Below, in pieces: positions 19,043-29,663 of a DNA stretch of 64,000 bases (positions are counted from its first letter, which is position 1; each line of letters begins with the position of its first letter). A program made the translations under genes and the position numbers. The notes under the pieces are model-generated. The model searched no databases and was not told the DNA's origin. It saw only the letters and a list, made by a program, of their open reading frames with translations. Source of the stretch: an uncultured virus (IMG/VR IMGVR_UViG_3300028844_005666) (lineage: Duplodnaviria; Heunggongvirae; Uroviricota; Caudoviricetes); IMG/VR virus record IMGVR_UViG_3300028844_005666; one strand, given 5' to 3'.

Positions 19043-20012
19043 CTTTATACCTTTCATAAAAAATATTTCCAATTAACTCATTTCCTTCTTTATTAGGATG
19101 ACCATCTAACTCTGAAATAAGTAATTCTTTTTCTGTTATTAAATCACAAAAGGTATCTCCTCCTAAGTGTCTATAAAAAGGCCAACCTATAAAGTGTTTC
19201 TTTTCTTTATCTAATATATAACTGATTTTTCTAGGTTTGTTTTCAAAGTTTGTAAGGAGAAGTTTTGATAGTTCGCTATTCCAACCTTTGTTTATTCTAA
19301 GTCTTTGTATGAATCCCATTTGTACTAATCTATTAAGTTCCCATACTGATATAGGGAAGACTCCTTGAGCAGCTATAATTTGAGCACCAATAGATTTAGC
19401 ATATTGAAATAGAGCATACATATAACCTAAGTTATCACTAAACATAATATCTAAACCATGGTCAGTAAACATTCTCTTAGCAGAAGCTGCAAAATTCATT
19501 CCCATGTCTTCCCAAGTTTTTTTCATAACTTCTTTTTTAAACATCAGAAAGTTATCTATGTTATCAACGTCATCTAAATTTTTTATTTTTTGAAGTAATT
19601 TATATTGTTTATCGTAATCTTCATCTTGAACAAAGTAAGATTTATAAACTTGAAACATAGATGTAATAGGTTTACCAGAGGTAATCTCACTCCAGTTTAA
19701 CAATTCATAAGTTAGATTAGTTTTTATTTCTGTACAAGGTATAGTATATCTATCAAAACCACTCCATGATACAAAGATAGCTTTAACATTACTTTCACCT
19801 ACTTCGGTACATTTTCTTATGATCGAATTAAAAATCCATCTATTACATGCACCGCCTTTACCTAAGTCAAACCATTTATCTTCTTTAATTCCTAATTTTT
19901 TTCTTAGGTGAGCCATCCACATATCATACTCAACAGTATAATTTGGATCTATATGTTTAAAATCTGGATCTGAATAACTACAACCTGATGTAATGTATAT
20001 GTCACGCTTCAT
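19023..20012 (-). CDS. SGNH-hydrolase-like protein
   Basis: GCSYS, GGACN, DGHP blocks. Confidence 0.6.
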   Translation of the reverse strand: MKRDIYITSGCSYSDPDFKHIDPNYTVEYDMWMAHLRKKLGIKEDKWFDLGKGGACNRWIFNSIIRKCTEVGESNVKAIFVSWSGFDRYTIPCTEIKTNLTYELLNWSEITSGKPITSMFQVYKSYFVQDEDYDKQYKLLQKIKNLDDVDNIDNFLMFKKEVMKKTWEDMGMNFAASAKRMFTDHGLDIMFSDNLGYMYALFQYAKSIGAQIIAAQGVFPISVWELNRLVQMGFIQRLRINKGWNSELSKLLLTNFENKPRKISYILDKEKKHFIGWPFYRHLGGDTFCDLITEKELLISELDGHPNKEGNELIGNIFYERYKDVYTLA

Positions 20013-20184
20013 TTTCTAAATTCCTTAAATCTGCTTCTGCTTCTTCTGGAGTTAAATACGGACCTATCATTTTAAAATCACCCTTAGGACTAAATTCATA
20101 GATGTACCAACCTGTATCTCCATATATACTAGGTTGTAGCTGGTACTGATACTTTCCTCGTTTCGAGGAAAATGAAGTTGACAT
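20002..20184 (-). CDS. Hypothetical protein
   Basis: GAGG RBS; coupled ORF. Confidence 0.55.
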   Translation of the reverse strand: MSTSFSSKRGKYQYQLQPSIYGDTGWYIYEFSPKGDFKMIGPYLTPEEAEADLRNLENEA

Positions 20185-20383
20185 AACCCTCTCCGTTTAC
20201 AATATAAAAACCTTCACCATTATCTATCTGCTTTTGCCATTCATCTTCTGACATTATCTCTCTAAAATATGTCCAAGCTAGATCAATTGATTCATAAAAG
20301 TATATTTGAATATTAGATTGTTGTACACCTTTATCTGTTTCTGTACTTGTAGTTCTTCTTACAAATAGTTTTTCTTCACCCAT
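20129..20383 (-). CDS. Hypothetical protein
   Basis: Overlapping operon ORF. Confidence 0.5.
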   Translation of the reverse strand: MGEEKLFVRRTTSTETDKGVQQSNIQIYFYESIDLAWTYFREIMSEDEWQKQIDNGEGFYIVNGEGYVNFIFLETRKVSVPATT

Positions 20384-21054
20384 TCTTCACTCACTTCTGT
20401 TGGATTAGGGGATCCGTGAAATATACACACTTTAGCTCCGTCAGGAATTTCTCTACCGAACATTTGAGAACGATCACCTGCGTGTTTACCTCTATCGATT
20501 CCTTTTTTATAGCTCCACAACCACTCATCAGGAAAAACATTAAGAAACTCAGGATAATAATTGCAGTAACTCGATATAACATTTTGATCTCCAAAAAAGT
20601 TTATCTTTTTTTGATACTCATGCCACATTTTATAATTACTCATATAATAGGAATATATTCCTGCTGAGTTTTTAGTATTAAATCTTATAGCAGAGGAATT
20701 ATATTCTTTTCCGGGGAGAAGACCGTTGTCAGGCCTGATAAAATCTCTAATAACAGCAAAGGATTGATGCTCAAAGAAACAATCGACATTATCAACAATA
20801 ACAACGTCAAGATCAAAGTATAAGTATTCGCCATCTGGTAACACTCCGGGTTTAAACATTTGAAGTTTGTTCCACCAACCTACTTCATCAGTATTTAACT
20901 CACAAGGAATATAATTAGGATAAAGATCAACCTGATCTGTTAAGACATAAAAAGAGAACTCTTTAGTAGAGTTTCTTTTAACCATATTATACAATCTATG
21001 TGTATACTCTGCACTATATTTCGTACCCCAGTTTACACAAACTACATTAACCAT
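20359..21054 (-). CDS. GT-A fold glycosyltransferase
   Basis: WGTKY, GWWNK, YFDLD, GDQ, FHGSPNP. Confidence 0.82.
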   Translation of the reverse strand: MVNVVCVNWGTKYSAEYTHRLYNMVKRNSTKEFSFYVLTDQVDLYPNYIPCELNTDEVGWWNKLQMFKPGVLPDGEYLYFDLDVVIVDNVDCFFEHQSFAVIRDFIRPDNGLLPGKEYNSSAIRFNTKNSAGIYSYYMSNYKMWHEYQKKINFFGDQNVISSYCNYYPEFLNVFPDEWLWSYKKGIDRGKHAGDRSQMFGREIPDGAKVCIFHGSPNPTEVSEEWVKKNYL

Positions 21055-21793
21055 AAACTAACTTCGCAAAATCCATATTCAATTCTCTATAATGCTTTAG
21101 GTTTATATTCTCAGGAATATTATAAAATTTTTCACCTAAAGGCTTTCTATATTTACTTTTATAGTCGATCTTTATATTCTTTTCTAGTAACTTGCCCCAG
21201 TAGTATACATGATAAGAAGATGTAATAATTTTTTTATGTAATTTTAACTGATTGATAACTACATTCATTTTATTAAAGTTACTCATATGTTGACCTTCAA
21301 TAGCTCTTTTTCCATTACCTGAACCAACTATTAAAGTACCTAATGAACCAGACCTAGATAAATTTATTTTATCTTCATTTGTCATAGTATCTAAATCATT
21401 ACCTCTTACATCTTTATTATTATCTAATAAAGGATTTAGACAAGATACACAGGGCACAAATTTAAATGGAGTATTTTTTTGTCTAATGCCAACGTGATCG
21501 AACGAATTGAATATAGGATGCGTAAAGAATTCTTCATCGAGTCCAGCTCCCCATATTATTTTTTTCTTAGCTTTTATTCTTGTATCCCAAAGCCATAATT
21601 TTTTCATCCAGTCAGCAGTTGAAAATAAACCACCTCCGCCAACAATTAATAAATCACATTCAATAAATTCTGGATTGTCAAGCATATCAATAACTTGACC
21701 TTTGTAGTTAGGGAAATAATGATGAGGTGAAGACCACCAATCTCCTGGATTATTTTGGTCTTTGCGATGTAGGTAGACGATCTTCTGGGTCAT
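21047..21793 (-). CDS. Polysaccharide pyruvyl-transferase-like protein
   Basis: NPGD, VGGGGL, WGAG, ITSSYH. Confidence 0.65.
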   Translation of the reverse strand: MTQKIVYLHRKDQNNPGDWWSSPHHYFPNYKGQVIDMLDNPEFIECDLLIVGGGGLFSTADWMKKLWLWDTRIKAKKKIIWGAGLDEEFFTHPIFNSFDHVGIRQKNTPFKFVPCVSCLNPLLDNNKDVRGNDLDTMTNEDKINLSRSGSLGTLIVGSGNGKRAIEGQHMSNFNKMNVVINQLKLHKKIITSSYHVYYWGKLLEKNIKIDYKSKYRKPLGEKFYNIPENINLKHYRELNMDFAKLVYG

Positions 21794-22433
21794 TATTAAA
21801 CTTCCATATTCCAACTGTATGTTGGTTATTTTTTTCATGCGGGTACTCTTCGTGAGCAACTAAACCAAATTTATAGTCAGGTGGTACAGTAGCATATAAG
21901 TCACCTTGTACCAGTACCCACTTATATTTATTCTGTAGAGAAACTAAGAATTCCTCTCTATGCCTATGTGGCCAATGTTGTAGCACTTCTTTTACAATAA
22001 TTAAATTACCTCCAGGAAGATCGTTCCAATCAGTAAGTTTAATAAATTCTGCTCTAGGATTAGTACAATTAAGTTCAGCTCTTTCTAAAGCTGTATCACT
22101 TACATCATATCCTGTATATCTTATTTCATCAGGCCATTCAATGTCTTTATATAAAAAATAAGGACCACATCCAAAATCATGTACTGTAATAGGTTTATGT
22201 TTTCTTAAAGCTTTGAATAGATACCTGAACCATACCTTTGCGTTATCAGGAATAGAACCAGAACCAGCTCCTTGAGCTTTTCTCCATCTATTAGTTTTAT
22301 AGACGTCTTCAAAAATCTCTTCCATTTCTGGTTTTTCGTAATCAGTTTTATCTATACCTGTAGCTTTATGACTGTATTGCGCGTTCAATTTTTTCTTTCT
22401 CCATAGGTATAAGATACTTTTTAGCCCATTCAA
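21750..22433 (-). CDS. Class I SAM-dependent methyltransferase
   Basis: GSGS, DFGCG, YTGYDVS, KEVLQHW. Confidence 0.82.
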   Translation of the reverse strand: MNGLKSILYLWRKKKLNAQYSHKATGIDKTDYEKPEMEEIFEDVYKTNRWRKAQGAGSGSIPDNAKVWFRYLFKALRKHKPITVHDFGCGPYFLYKDIEWPDEIRYTGYDVSDTALERAELNCTNPRAEFIKLTDWNDLPGGNLIIVKEVLQHWPHRHREEFLVSLQNKYKWVLVQGDLYATVPPDYKFGLVAHEEYPHEKNNQHTVGIWKFNNDPEDRLPTSQRPK

Positions 22434-23013
22434 AAGCCATATCGTCTCTTTTAGTTATTTTATTTTGTCTAGATAATTGTGCAGTTTTATCTGAACTTAT
22501 CTTTTCTGCTTTATATACTATGTTTACCCTTCGTAGAACGTTGGCTGCCTTAGCTAACTCTACTGCGTAAGTATCTACATACCAATGTAAAAACATTGGA
22601 TGTGACATGTATCCTAATAGATCATACCATTGTCTAGTTACCATAAAGTGAGGAGCTCCTCCTTTACCTCTACCATCATCAGGTACAATAACACTTATAG
22701 GATACTTTTTTGCTTCTTCATAAACTATATCATCCCAGTTATTTGTTTGCATTATCTCTGCATCACCTGACATAAAAAGAATGTCACCTTTAGCTCTACT
22801 AGAAGCGATATTCCATCCATGGTTAGCATAAAACTCTAAGCCTATATGTAAATAATTTTTTGGAATTAACTTTCGATAATCCGCTAAACACGGGTCATTT
22901 TGATTTATATAAATTTGAAATTCTATATCACCCTTAGTAGTATCTTTAAATGATTCTACCATTCTTGCACACTTCTCTGGTCTTCCTCTAGATGGAACAC
23001 ATATACTTATCAT
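22366..23013 (-). CDS. GT2-like glycosyltransferase
   Basis: ISICVPSRGR, HWYVD. Confidence 0.75.
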   Translation of the reverse strand: MISICVPSRGRPEKCARMVESFKDTTKGDIEFQIYINQNDPCLADYRKLIPKNYLHIGLEFYANHGWNIASSRAKGDILFMSGDAEIMQTNNWDDIVYEEAKKYPISVIVPDDGRGKGGAPHFMVTRQWYDLLGYMSHPMFLHWYVDTYAVELAKAANVLRRVNIVYKAEKISSDKTAQLSRQNKITKRDDMAFEWAKKYLIPMEKEKIERAIQS

Positions 23014-24023
23014 ATTCTTTTCTCAGTCCATGTCTTAGGAGTTTTATCGTTTATAATCTCTAATGGTAGATGATACTTAAAAGGTTTAGGATTTTTTCTA
23101 ATCCAATCTGCAGTCTTTTTAACTGCTTCTTTTACTGTAGTTGTTGTTTTATAATTTAACAATTTTCTAGCTTTATCAGAAGAGCATGTAGCATGTTTTA
23201 CTTCTTGAGGTCTACCTTGCGTGTAGTATATTGGCGCTCCATTGAAACCTGATTCATTCGAACAAAGAGCAGCAAGATCGTTGATGGTAATAGACTCCTC
23301 ATCAGGACCGATATTAATAGTTTCGTAAGTAATGTTTTCATTTGTACCTATTCTTTCTAGACATTGTATACAATCACCAACATAACTAAAACATCTGGTC
23401 TGAGTACCGTCTCCATATATTATAGCTGGTTTATTTTGTAAGTTTCTATTAAGCATTATTGACATAACATTACGAAAAGGATCATCATATTTTTGATGCT
23501 CTCCAACTATATTATGAGGAACAGCTATATTCCATTCTACTTGGTGTACTTTTCCAAGGACTTTAAGCACCTCTTCAGCCGCGACTTTTGCAATTCCATA
23601 AGGATCAACTGGCTGGGGTTGCATGTCTTCTGTGAACGGTGCTGTTTGGTTACCATATCTTGCCATGCTCGTACAAAAGACAATTCTTTTGACTCCAGCT
23701 GAGATTGCAGCTGAGAAACTTGTGACTGAAGCTTCAAAGATGTTTCTTGTGATGAAACTAGGAGAGAATACAGATAAGCCTTCATGAGCAGTAGCAGCAC
23801 AATGATAAAGAAGACTACAACCTTCCATTGCTTTTTCCATACCTTTGAAATCACAACAATCAACGAGGTGAAAATCGACGAATTCTGGAACATTATCTTC
23901 TTCTCCTCCTACAAATGTATCGTTGCCGGCAACATCGTATCCTAGCTCATACATTCTAACTGCTAAGTGATGACCTAAAAATCCACCTACTCCAGTTATA
24001 AAGACTTTAAGTTTTTGTGCCAA
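23010..24023 (-). CDS. NAD-dependent nucleotide-sugar epimerase/dehydratase
   Basis: TGVGGFLG, YGIAK, GDGTQTR. Confidence 0.92.
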   Translation of the reverse strand: MAQKLKVFITGVGGFLGHHLAVRMYELGYDVAGNDTFVGGEEDNVPEFVDFHLVDCCDFKGMEKAMEGCSLLYHCAATAHEGLSVFSPSFITRNIFEASVTSFSAAISAGVKRIVFCTSMARYGNQTAPFTEDMQPQPVDPYGIAKVAAEEVLKVLGKVHQVEWNIAVPHNIVGEHQKYDDPFRNVMSIMLNRNLQNKPAIIYGDGTQTRCFSYVGDCIQCLERIGTNENITYETINIGPDEESITINDLAALCSNESGFNGAPIYYTQGRPQEVKHATCSSDKARKLLNYKTTTTVKEAVKKTADWIRKNPKPFKYHLPLEIINDKTPKTWTEKRI

Positions 24024-24372
24024 TTGTTCGTCTAACTATATCATCATGGTTAAACTCAGCCCAATATAATTCAAAAGCTACTCCGTCTTCTAAACCTTCA
24101 AACTGATGGATCTTTCCAGGTTTAACCTGAGTAAAATCTCCTGGATTAAGAATAGTTTCATCTACTAAACCATCTTGTTCTCCATTTTGCCAAACTCTAA
24201 CTATCATTTGACCTGATTCAACGTAAAAACCGTTCCACTTAAACTGGTGTTCATGTTCACTACATTTGAATCCTTTTTTAAATTCTATTCTATGAAACTC
24301 AAGAACTCCATTTGCATGTATAAGTTCTGTTTGTCCCCATATTTTTCCTGCTTTCATTATTCTGGCTCCCAA
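24007..24372 (-). CDS. Cupin protein (sugar-isomerase-like)
   Basis: KIWG, CSEHEH..K, H motif. Confidence 0.75.
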   Translation of the reverse strand: MGARIMKAGKIWGQTELIHANGVLEFHRIEFKKGFKCSEHEHQFKWNGFYVESGQMIVRVWQNGEQDGLVDETILNPGDFTQVKPGKIHQFEGLEDGVAFELYWAEFNHDDIVRRTIGTKT

Positions 24373-24884
24373 TCTTCTCTTACAAAAATATAATCATGAC
24401 CTTGTAAGTGATCAATTTCTTTAAGTTCATAACCCCAACTTTCTAGTAACCATTGGGATTCATTATCTCCTTTATTAATTTCAACGCATATTACAGGATT
24501 GCATCGATCTATAGTTTTCTTAGCTCCTCTTAATACTTTAGGTTCCCACCCTTCTACATCAATTTTTATAAAGTCTACATCGTTATAGTTAAATTGATCT
24601 AAAGTTTTTACTCTAACTGCTCTATCGCCTTTTCCTTTAATCCTACCAGCTTTAAAATTAGTATAAGCTGTATAATCTGAATCTCCTAGTGCTATTGCAT
24701 AAGCAATTAAATTTTCTACTTTAAATTTTTTTTTAATCCTAAACTCAAAACCTATAACATCGTCAAAAGCCGGCATCATATATTTTGCAAAATCTCCACC
24801 TCTAAAACCTACGTCTATTCCTCTACGAAAATTTTGTATATATGGAGCGCATTGGTTCCAAGTACCTAAGTATACGTCCGCCAT
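24357..24884 (-). CDS. FkbM-family methyltransferase
   Basis: IDVG, FIKIDVEGWE..VLRGA. Confidence 0.85.
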   Translation of the reverse strand: MADVYLGTWNQCAPYIQNFRRGIDVGFRGGDFAKYMMPAFDDVIGFEFRIKKKFKVENLIAYAIALGDSDYTAYTNFKAGRIKGKGDRAVRVKTLDQFNYNDVDFIKIDVEGWEPKVLRGAKKTIDRCNPVICVEINKGDNESQWLLESWGYELKEIDHLQGHDYIFVREDWEPE

Positions 24885-25578
24885 GCAGCTTCTCCTATTT
24901 CATTCATTTTATTAATTACATTTTTAAGATCTTTTACATCCAAAGCATTAGCACCATCAGAAGGAGCATTATCCGGATCATCGTGAACTTCTAAAAAGAA
25001 ATTTTCTACTCCCATTCCTGCAGCTGCGTTAGCTAATCTCGGAACGTAGTCACGGTTGCCACCAGATGATGTACCTTTTCCTCCAGGTTTTTGAACGCTG
25101 TGCGTAACATCAAAAACGAACAAACTAGGGTAGTTATCAATAATATATTGCATACCAGTGAAATCATTAACCAATGTATTATATCCAAAACTCGTACCTC
25201 TCTCAGTAATCCAGACATCTTTAGCTTTTTCGGTCTTAGAAAGAATTCCGCCTACATCCCAAGGAGCTAAAAACTGTCCTTTTTTAATATTTACTACTTT
25301 GTCGGTTTCACATGCTCTTTTTATGAGATCGGTTTGTCTACAAAGAAAAGCGGGAATTTGAATAACATCTATTTCATGCCCTTCTTTTTCAATATAATCT
25401 ATTTGACTAACTTCATGAACATCAGTTAAAAAACTAACATTAGGAAAACATAGTTTAAGCGCTGAAAAATCAATTAAAGTCTCTTCAATACAGTAGCGCG
25501 AACTATCTGTTCAAGTAAAAATTTCGAATGATCTAAAGATTCGTGTTGACATGGACCTATAATTAAATTATTTAGCAT
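24866..25578 (-). pseudogene. kdsA: KDO 8-phosphate synthase with internal deletion and frameshift near 25491
   Basis: N-terminal IIGPCQHES in one frame; TDVHE, QIPAFLCRQTD, KKGQF, ERG, DVTHSVQ, APSDG in another; KANRT/S segment absent. Confidence 0.85.
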
Positions 25579-26008
25579 CACTATCCCTTGAGACTAAACC
25601 AGCTTCATATAGCTTTTCTCTATTAGCTAAATGAATACCAGCTATTTCATCTTTGCTTTGACCATAATAAGGTGCAGCATAATTATTTTGAATAAGATAA
25701 TCATTTATTGATGTAGTATCTTTCTTATTATATAATCGTCCTACAATACGTCCGAATTTACCTACTGCATCATATTGATCAGTTCTTAAAATAAGAGTAT
25801 CAGTTCTATCTAGATATTCTTGAACAACTTCAGAAGCTATTTTACCAAACTTCTTTTCAGTTTTGTCTCTAGTTCTACTTTCAGGAGTATCAACTCCATA
25901 TAATCTTATTCTTTCTTTTCTTAACCATACACCAAAACCTAAATCAATATCTACGTCTACTGTATCACCGTCTACTACTCTTACTAATTCACATCTATAT
26001 TCGTACAT
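25568..26008 (-). CDS. Thermonuclease (SNase-like)
   Basis: VVDGDT, RLYGVDTPE, GKFGR. Confidence 0.88.
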   Translation of the reverse strand: MYEYRCELVRVVDGDTVDVDIDLGFGVWLRKERIRLYGVDTPESRTRDKTEKKFGKIASEVVQEYLDRTDTLILRTDQYDAVGKFGRIVGRLYNKKDTTSINDYLIQNNYAAPYYGQSKDEIAGIHLANREKLYEAGLVSRDSDAK

Positions 26009-26772
26009 TATCTTCTCTCTATGTCTTCTTCAGTTAATTGATCTCCAAACCAAACTTCTATAACTTTAGCTACCTTATTAGTCTTGTTATAGCCTTTATG
26101 CCAAGTAAGTCTCGGTATATCAAAAGATTGTTTAGGATGAAAAGTATCTTCCATCTTATCACCATTAGCATATTCAAAAGTCATTGTGACTTCACCTTCT
26201 ACGATATGCCAATGCTCCGAGCGATGAGCATGCTTCTGATCAGATAAGCTTTTACCAGGTTCAATAGTTAATTCTTTAACTGCGAATCCTTTTTGTTCAT
26301 CTAACACTCTATACCAACCCCAAGGTCTTTTAATGATTGGTTTTTTCCAATCTTCTAATATTTTAGAACTAGCATTTAACTTAGTTCTTCCTCCTACTCC
26401 AAACTTAAATTCAACATCAAAATCTGAAATACTTGAAGCGTCCATTTCTGGTATATTAGTCTTTGTTCTATCTCCGCCGTTCATAAAAATTAATTGACCG
26501 TCTGGAAACATAGCAGCTGCTCTTACAATAAGATCTGATGCACTGTCATCTTCATCATTAAATGAAGTAGCATAGTTCACATCATGGAGAGCTTTCAATA
26601 CTTTAACTCTCTCTACAAAAGGCATAAAAGGTCTAGTCTTTTTCCTACTTAACCATTCATCTGAATTAACTCCTACTAAGAGAAAATCACAATGTTGTTT
26701 CGCTGCTTTAATATAGGCAATATGACCTGAATGTATTGGGTCAAAACCACCTGAAATAATTCCTATTTTCAT
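26008..26772 (-). CDS. Cytidylyltransferase-family protein fused to a mannose-6-P-isomerase-like cupin
   Basis: GGFDPIHSGH, NGGDR; RPWGWY, QKHAHRSEHW, EEDIER. Confidence 0.88.
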   Translation of the reverse strand: MKIGIISGGFDPIHSGHIAYIKAAKQHCDFLLVGVNSDEWLSRKKTRPFMPFVERVKVLKALHDVNYATSFNDEDDSASDLIVRAAAMFPDGQLIFMNGGDRTKTNIPEMDASSISDFDVEFKFGVGGRTKLNASSKILEDWKKPIIKRPWGWYRVLDEQKGFAVKELTIEPGKSLSDQKHAHRSEHWHIVEGEVTMTFEYANGDKMEDTFHPKQSFDIPRLTWHKGYNKTNKVAKVIEVWFGDQLTEEDIERR

Positions 26773-27410
26773 AAATTAAAATCCCTATCACTAGTTAGTG
26801 AAATTGTATTAATAGAATCTAAAGTAGCACATCTTGGTTTTATACTTTGAATTCTGATTCCTGTTCGATCTGATATATGCATATCAGCTGCCGTAAAACC
26901 TTGATTAAAAGTTGCATCAATAAGTTTTTTAGCTGCATGAGGTTTAATAATATAAGCATGAGCTCCATTTAAGGTATTAAAACTTTTTCTCATAAACTTC
27001 TCATCAACTACTTTTAGTTTATCGTTTGGACCTTCTGGAGGCAAAACGTTTTTATATGGATCTAATTGCAATACATCGTCAAATTCTACATCTGGAATAT
27101 CATTAATTAATCTTCCATCATGCTCAAATATACAAGTAACTTCGTCGTTGTCAAAACAACTTTGCCATAAGCTAAAGTGCGACATAAAACAACCTCTTAC
27201 TCCTGGTTTACTATTTTTAATATCAAATAGTTTAGGACCTGGGCTAAAAGGTTTAATACCTAAGCTTTCCATTTTTGCATCTGCTCTTTGAGGTGTATAA
27301 CCATGGAATAGCCTTGCTTCTATATTGAAAATACTACACCCTACTTTAGCTTCTTCTGCAGACTTAACTGTATGAGGTACTTCAGGTAAATAAATTACAT
27401 ATGTTTTCAT
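26769..27410 (-). CDS. GT25-like glycosyltransferase
   Basis: YVIYL, GCFMSHFSLW, IFEHD, AYIIKP..A. Confidence 0.85.
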   Translation of the reverse strand: MKTYVIYLPEVPHTVKSAEEAKVGCSIFNIEARLFHGYTPQRADAKMESLGIKPFSPGPKLFDIKNSKPGVRGCFMSHFSLWQSCFDNDEVTCIFEHDGRLINDIPDVEFDDVLQLDPYKNVLPPEGPNDKLKVVDEKFMRKSFNTLNGAHAYIIKPHAAKKLIDATFNQGFTAADMHISDRTGIRIQSIKPRCATLDSINTISLTSDRDFNL

Positions 27411-27422
27411 CTGTTATTCCAA

Positions 27423-28097
27423 TCATAATCCATACATTTCTCTCAATGTAGCTTGCCATTCTCTAGCATGAGGACAGTCTCTATATTTTTCGAACCAAGG
27501 TCCACCGTCAGTATAATGTATAAGTGAAGGAGGAGCATCATAGTAACCTGCTAAACTATTCCATTTACTATCTAACGAACCTACTTCTTCTCCATTACCT
27601 GCCCAATTCATTCTATGTAAGAACATAGGTGTCTCTTCATTAACTAAATCAGGAGTCAAGTTTTCACAAAGTTCATTATCAAATACCATAACTGACGACC
27701 AGTTTTTTCTAGGGTAGATATGTTGCATCTGGCCATCCATTTTCATAGCACTTCCTGGCGTGTAGTCATGTTGCACACACCATACAGGTTTTCTATCATC
27801 GTCAGTATTAATTTCTCTCATGATTTCCTGTACGTCTCCCATTGCTAATACATCACAATCACAGAACATACTATAACCTTCGTAACCTGATAAAAAAGGT
27901 ACTAAGAATCTACTTATAGTAAACTCTGTAGATGCTTTTTTATCTCCAGCTCTCCAATAGCTTCCTTTATCCCTTAACTCATAAAGCTTTAACGGTTTAA
28001 TATCTATATGAGAATTATATTTGAGCATAGAATATCTAGCTACTTGATAAGCTATATCTTCTCTACTATCCCAACCTATAAAAACTTTAAGATCCAT
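27423..28097 (-). CDS. GT-A (GT8-related) glycosyltransferase
   Basis: IGWDSRE, STEFT, DCD, YPRKNWSS, HYTDGGPW. Confidence 0.85.
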   Translation of the reverse strand: MDLKVFIGWDSREDIAYQVARYSMLKYNSHIDIKPLKLYELRDKGSYWRAGDKKASTEFTISRFLVPFLSGYEGYSMFCDCDVLAMGDVQEIMREINTDDDRKPVWCVQHDYTPGSAMKMDGQMQHIYPRKNWSSVMVFDNELCENLTPDLVNEETPMFLHRMNWAGNGEEVGSLDSKWNSLAGYYDAPPSLIHYTDGGPWFEKYRDCPHAREWQATLREMYGL

Positions 28098-28875
28098 ATG
28101 CATTCTCCATACTAGTTTCCCAAGCAAAACCATTTCTAAATTCATCTTTATGAAAAGAATGATACATGCAGTTGTTTATAATTTTTTGTCTGTCTGGCTC
28201 TTCATTAAGTATATTTGTTTCTAAATCTTCCATTTTAAATGATGCAAAGAACGCAGGACAATACTTATAACTTATTGTGGGAACGCCTTTTATTATAGCA
28301 TCAATTGCTAAGTTAGAACCGAAACTAACAACACAATAAGCTTTTCTTAATTGGTCATCCCAAGAAGGAGCTTTCTTACCCTTAGCGGGTTTAGGTCTTA
28401 CTATAAAATTTCTATCTGTATATGCATTCATTGTATGTATGAGTTGATTAACCCAATTTACTTCTTCAAAAGCATCCATATATGGTAACGATGGAGGAAG
28501 AATAAGAATGTTCTTTCCAGACCATCTATTCTCTCTCCAAGGTTGCAACACACTTAGCTCCGGTGGTGTTCTGTCATTAGGTCTATCTAATAATCTAGTA
28601 GGTGCAGTACCTTTAAATGTAACTCTCTTCCAATAAGGACCATAACCATTATCCATATAAAACCAATTTTTATCTTGTCTTACAGACTCTCTACATACTG
28701 CTCCACAACCTCTTAATGTTCCAGTAACAAATAAATTATCCATATCATCTGGAAAAGCAGGTATCCAATCTTTTCTATCTTCACACATTAAGTATTGAGT
28801 TCTATCTTGAGTAAGCATATTAAGCATTACTTGCTTAGACGTTTTAGGATCTAAATATGCATAATCTATCCCCAT
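28087..28875 (-). CDS. Capsule-synthesis-like glycosyltransferase paralog
   Basis: MDNGY, VRPKP, SNLAIDAIIKGVP. Confidence 0.65.
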   Translation of the reverse strand: MGIDYAYLDPKTSKQVMLNMLTQDRTQYLMCEDRKDWIPAFPDDMDNLFVTGTLRGCGAVCRESVRQDKNWFYMDNGYGPYWKRVTFKGTAPTRLLDRPNDRTPPELSVLQPWRENRWSGKNILILPPSLPYMDAFEEVNWVNQLIHTMNAYTDRNFIVRPKPAKGKKAPSWDDQLRKAYCVVSFGSNLAIDAIIKGVPTISYKYCPAFFASFKMEDLETNILNEEPDRQKIINNCMYHSFHKDEFRNGFAWETSMENAYGS

Positions 28876-29663
28876 ATTTGTACTCTTTCTTTAGAAAAAC
28901 CTACGTCTTTTCTTCTTCCTTTAACATGATCCATATACTCACCTAATATACCTTTTACAAAAGGATGCATCTTTCTTACTTGAGTTTGATCTATTTTTAC
29001 TTTAGCATTCTTAGCAGGTTGAGATAAGTCATATGCTTTACACGTGCTAGCTTCTCTCATTTCTCTCATTTCATGATCCCATATAATACTATCATGCCAA
29101 CCTAAGTCATTATATTTTTCAAACATAAGTCCTTCATCATACATAGCTCTTATACGTTTAAAGTATTCTTTAGTTTCAGGTAATGTAGTATCCCAAATCA
29201 TAAAACCACATTCAGCATACTTATAGCCTCTTTCTAATAAAGACATAAAGCATCCTTCTTTGACTAATGTTTGAAAGAACTCTAATGGAATAGTTTTAAC
29301 AGGAACAACATCACCATCTATCCAACCAATATATCTAGCATCATCTTTTCTATTTTCATAGTGAGACAATACAGCATAAACTTTGTGGCTAAATCTTACA
29401 TGCTCATATTCAAAACTTTTATATTGTTTATCAACAGGTTTTCTTCCTGCATATTTTTCTTTATATTCTTTATACCCAGTAACTTCTTTATCGAAATCTA
29501 AAATTTTTATCTTCTTAGGTTCTAAATCTACATTAGTTTCTTGCGCATAAGCATAATGATTTACACCCTCAGGAAGAGCTTGATCAAAATAATGAATATG
29601 ATTTCTAGCGTACCTGTCATAACCTGCTTGGTGAAACGTAGTACAAAAACTAAAAGTGGCCAA
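28866..29663 (-). CDS. GT-A fold glycosyltransferase-like protein
   Basis: RFSHKVY, WIDGD, ECGF, HVKG; probable TTG start after AAGGA. Confidence 0.7.
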   Translation of the reverse strand: MATFSFCTTFHQAGYDRYARNHIHYFDQALPEGVNHYAYAQETNVDLEPKKIKILDFDKEVTGYKEYKEKYAGRKPVDKQYKSFEYEHVRFSHKVYAVLSHYENRKDDARYIGWIDGDVVPVKTIPLEFFQTLVKEGCFMSLLERGYKYAECGFMIWDTTLPETKEYFKRIRAMYDEGLMFEKYNDLGWHDSIIWDHEMREMREASTCKAYDLSQPAKNAKVKIDQTQVRKMHPFVKGILGEYMDHVKGRRKDVGFSKERVQIWG

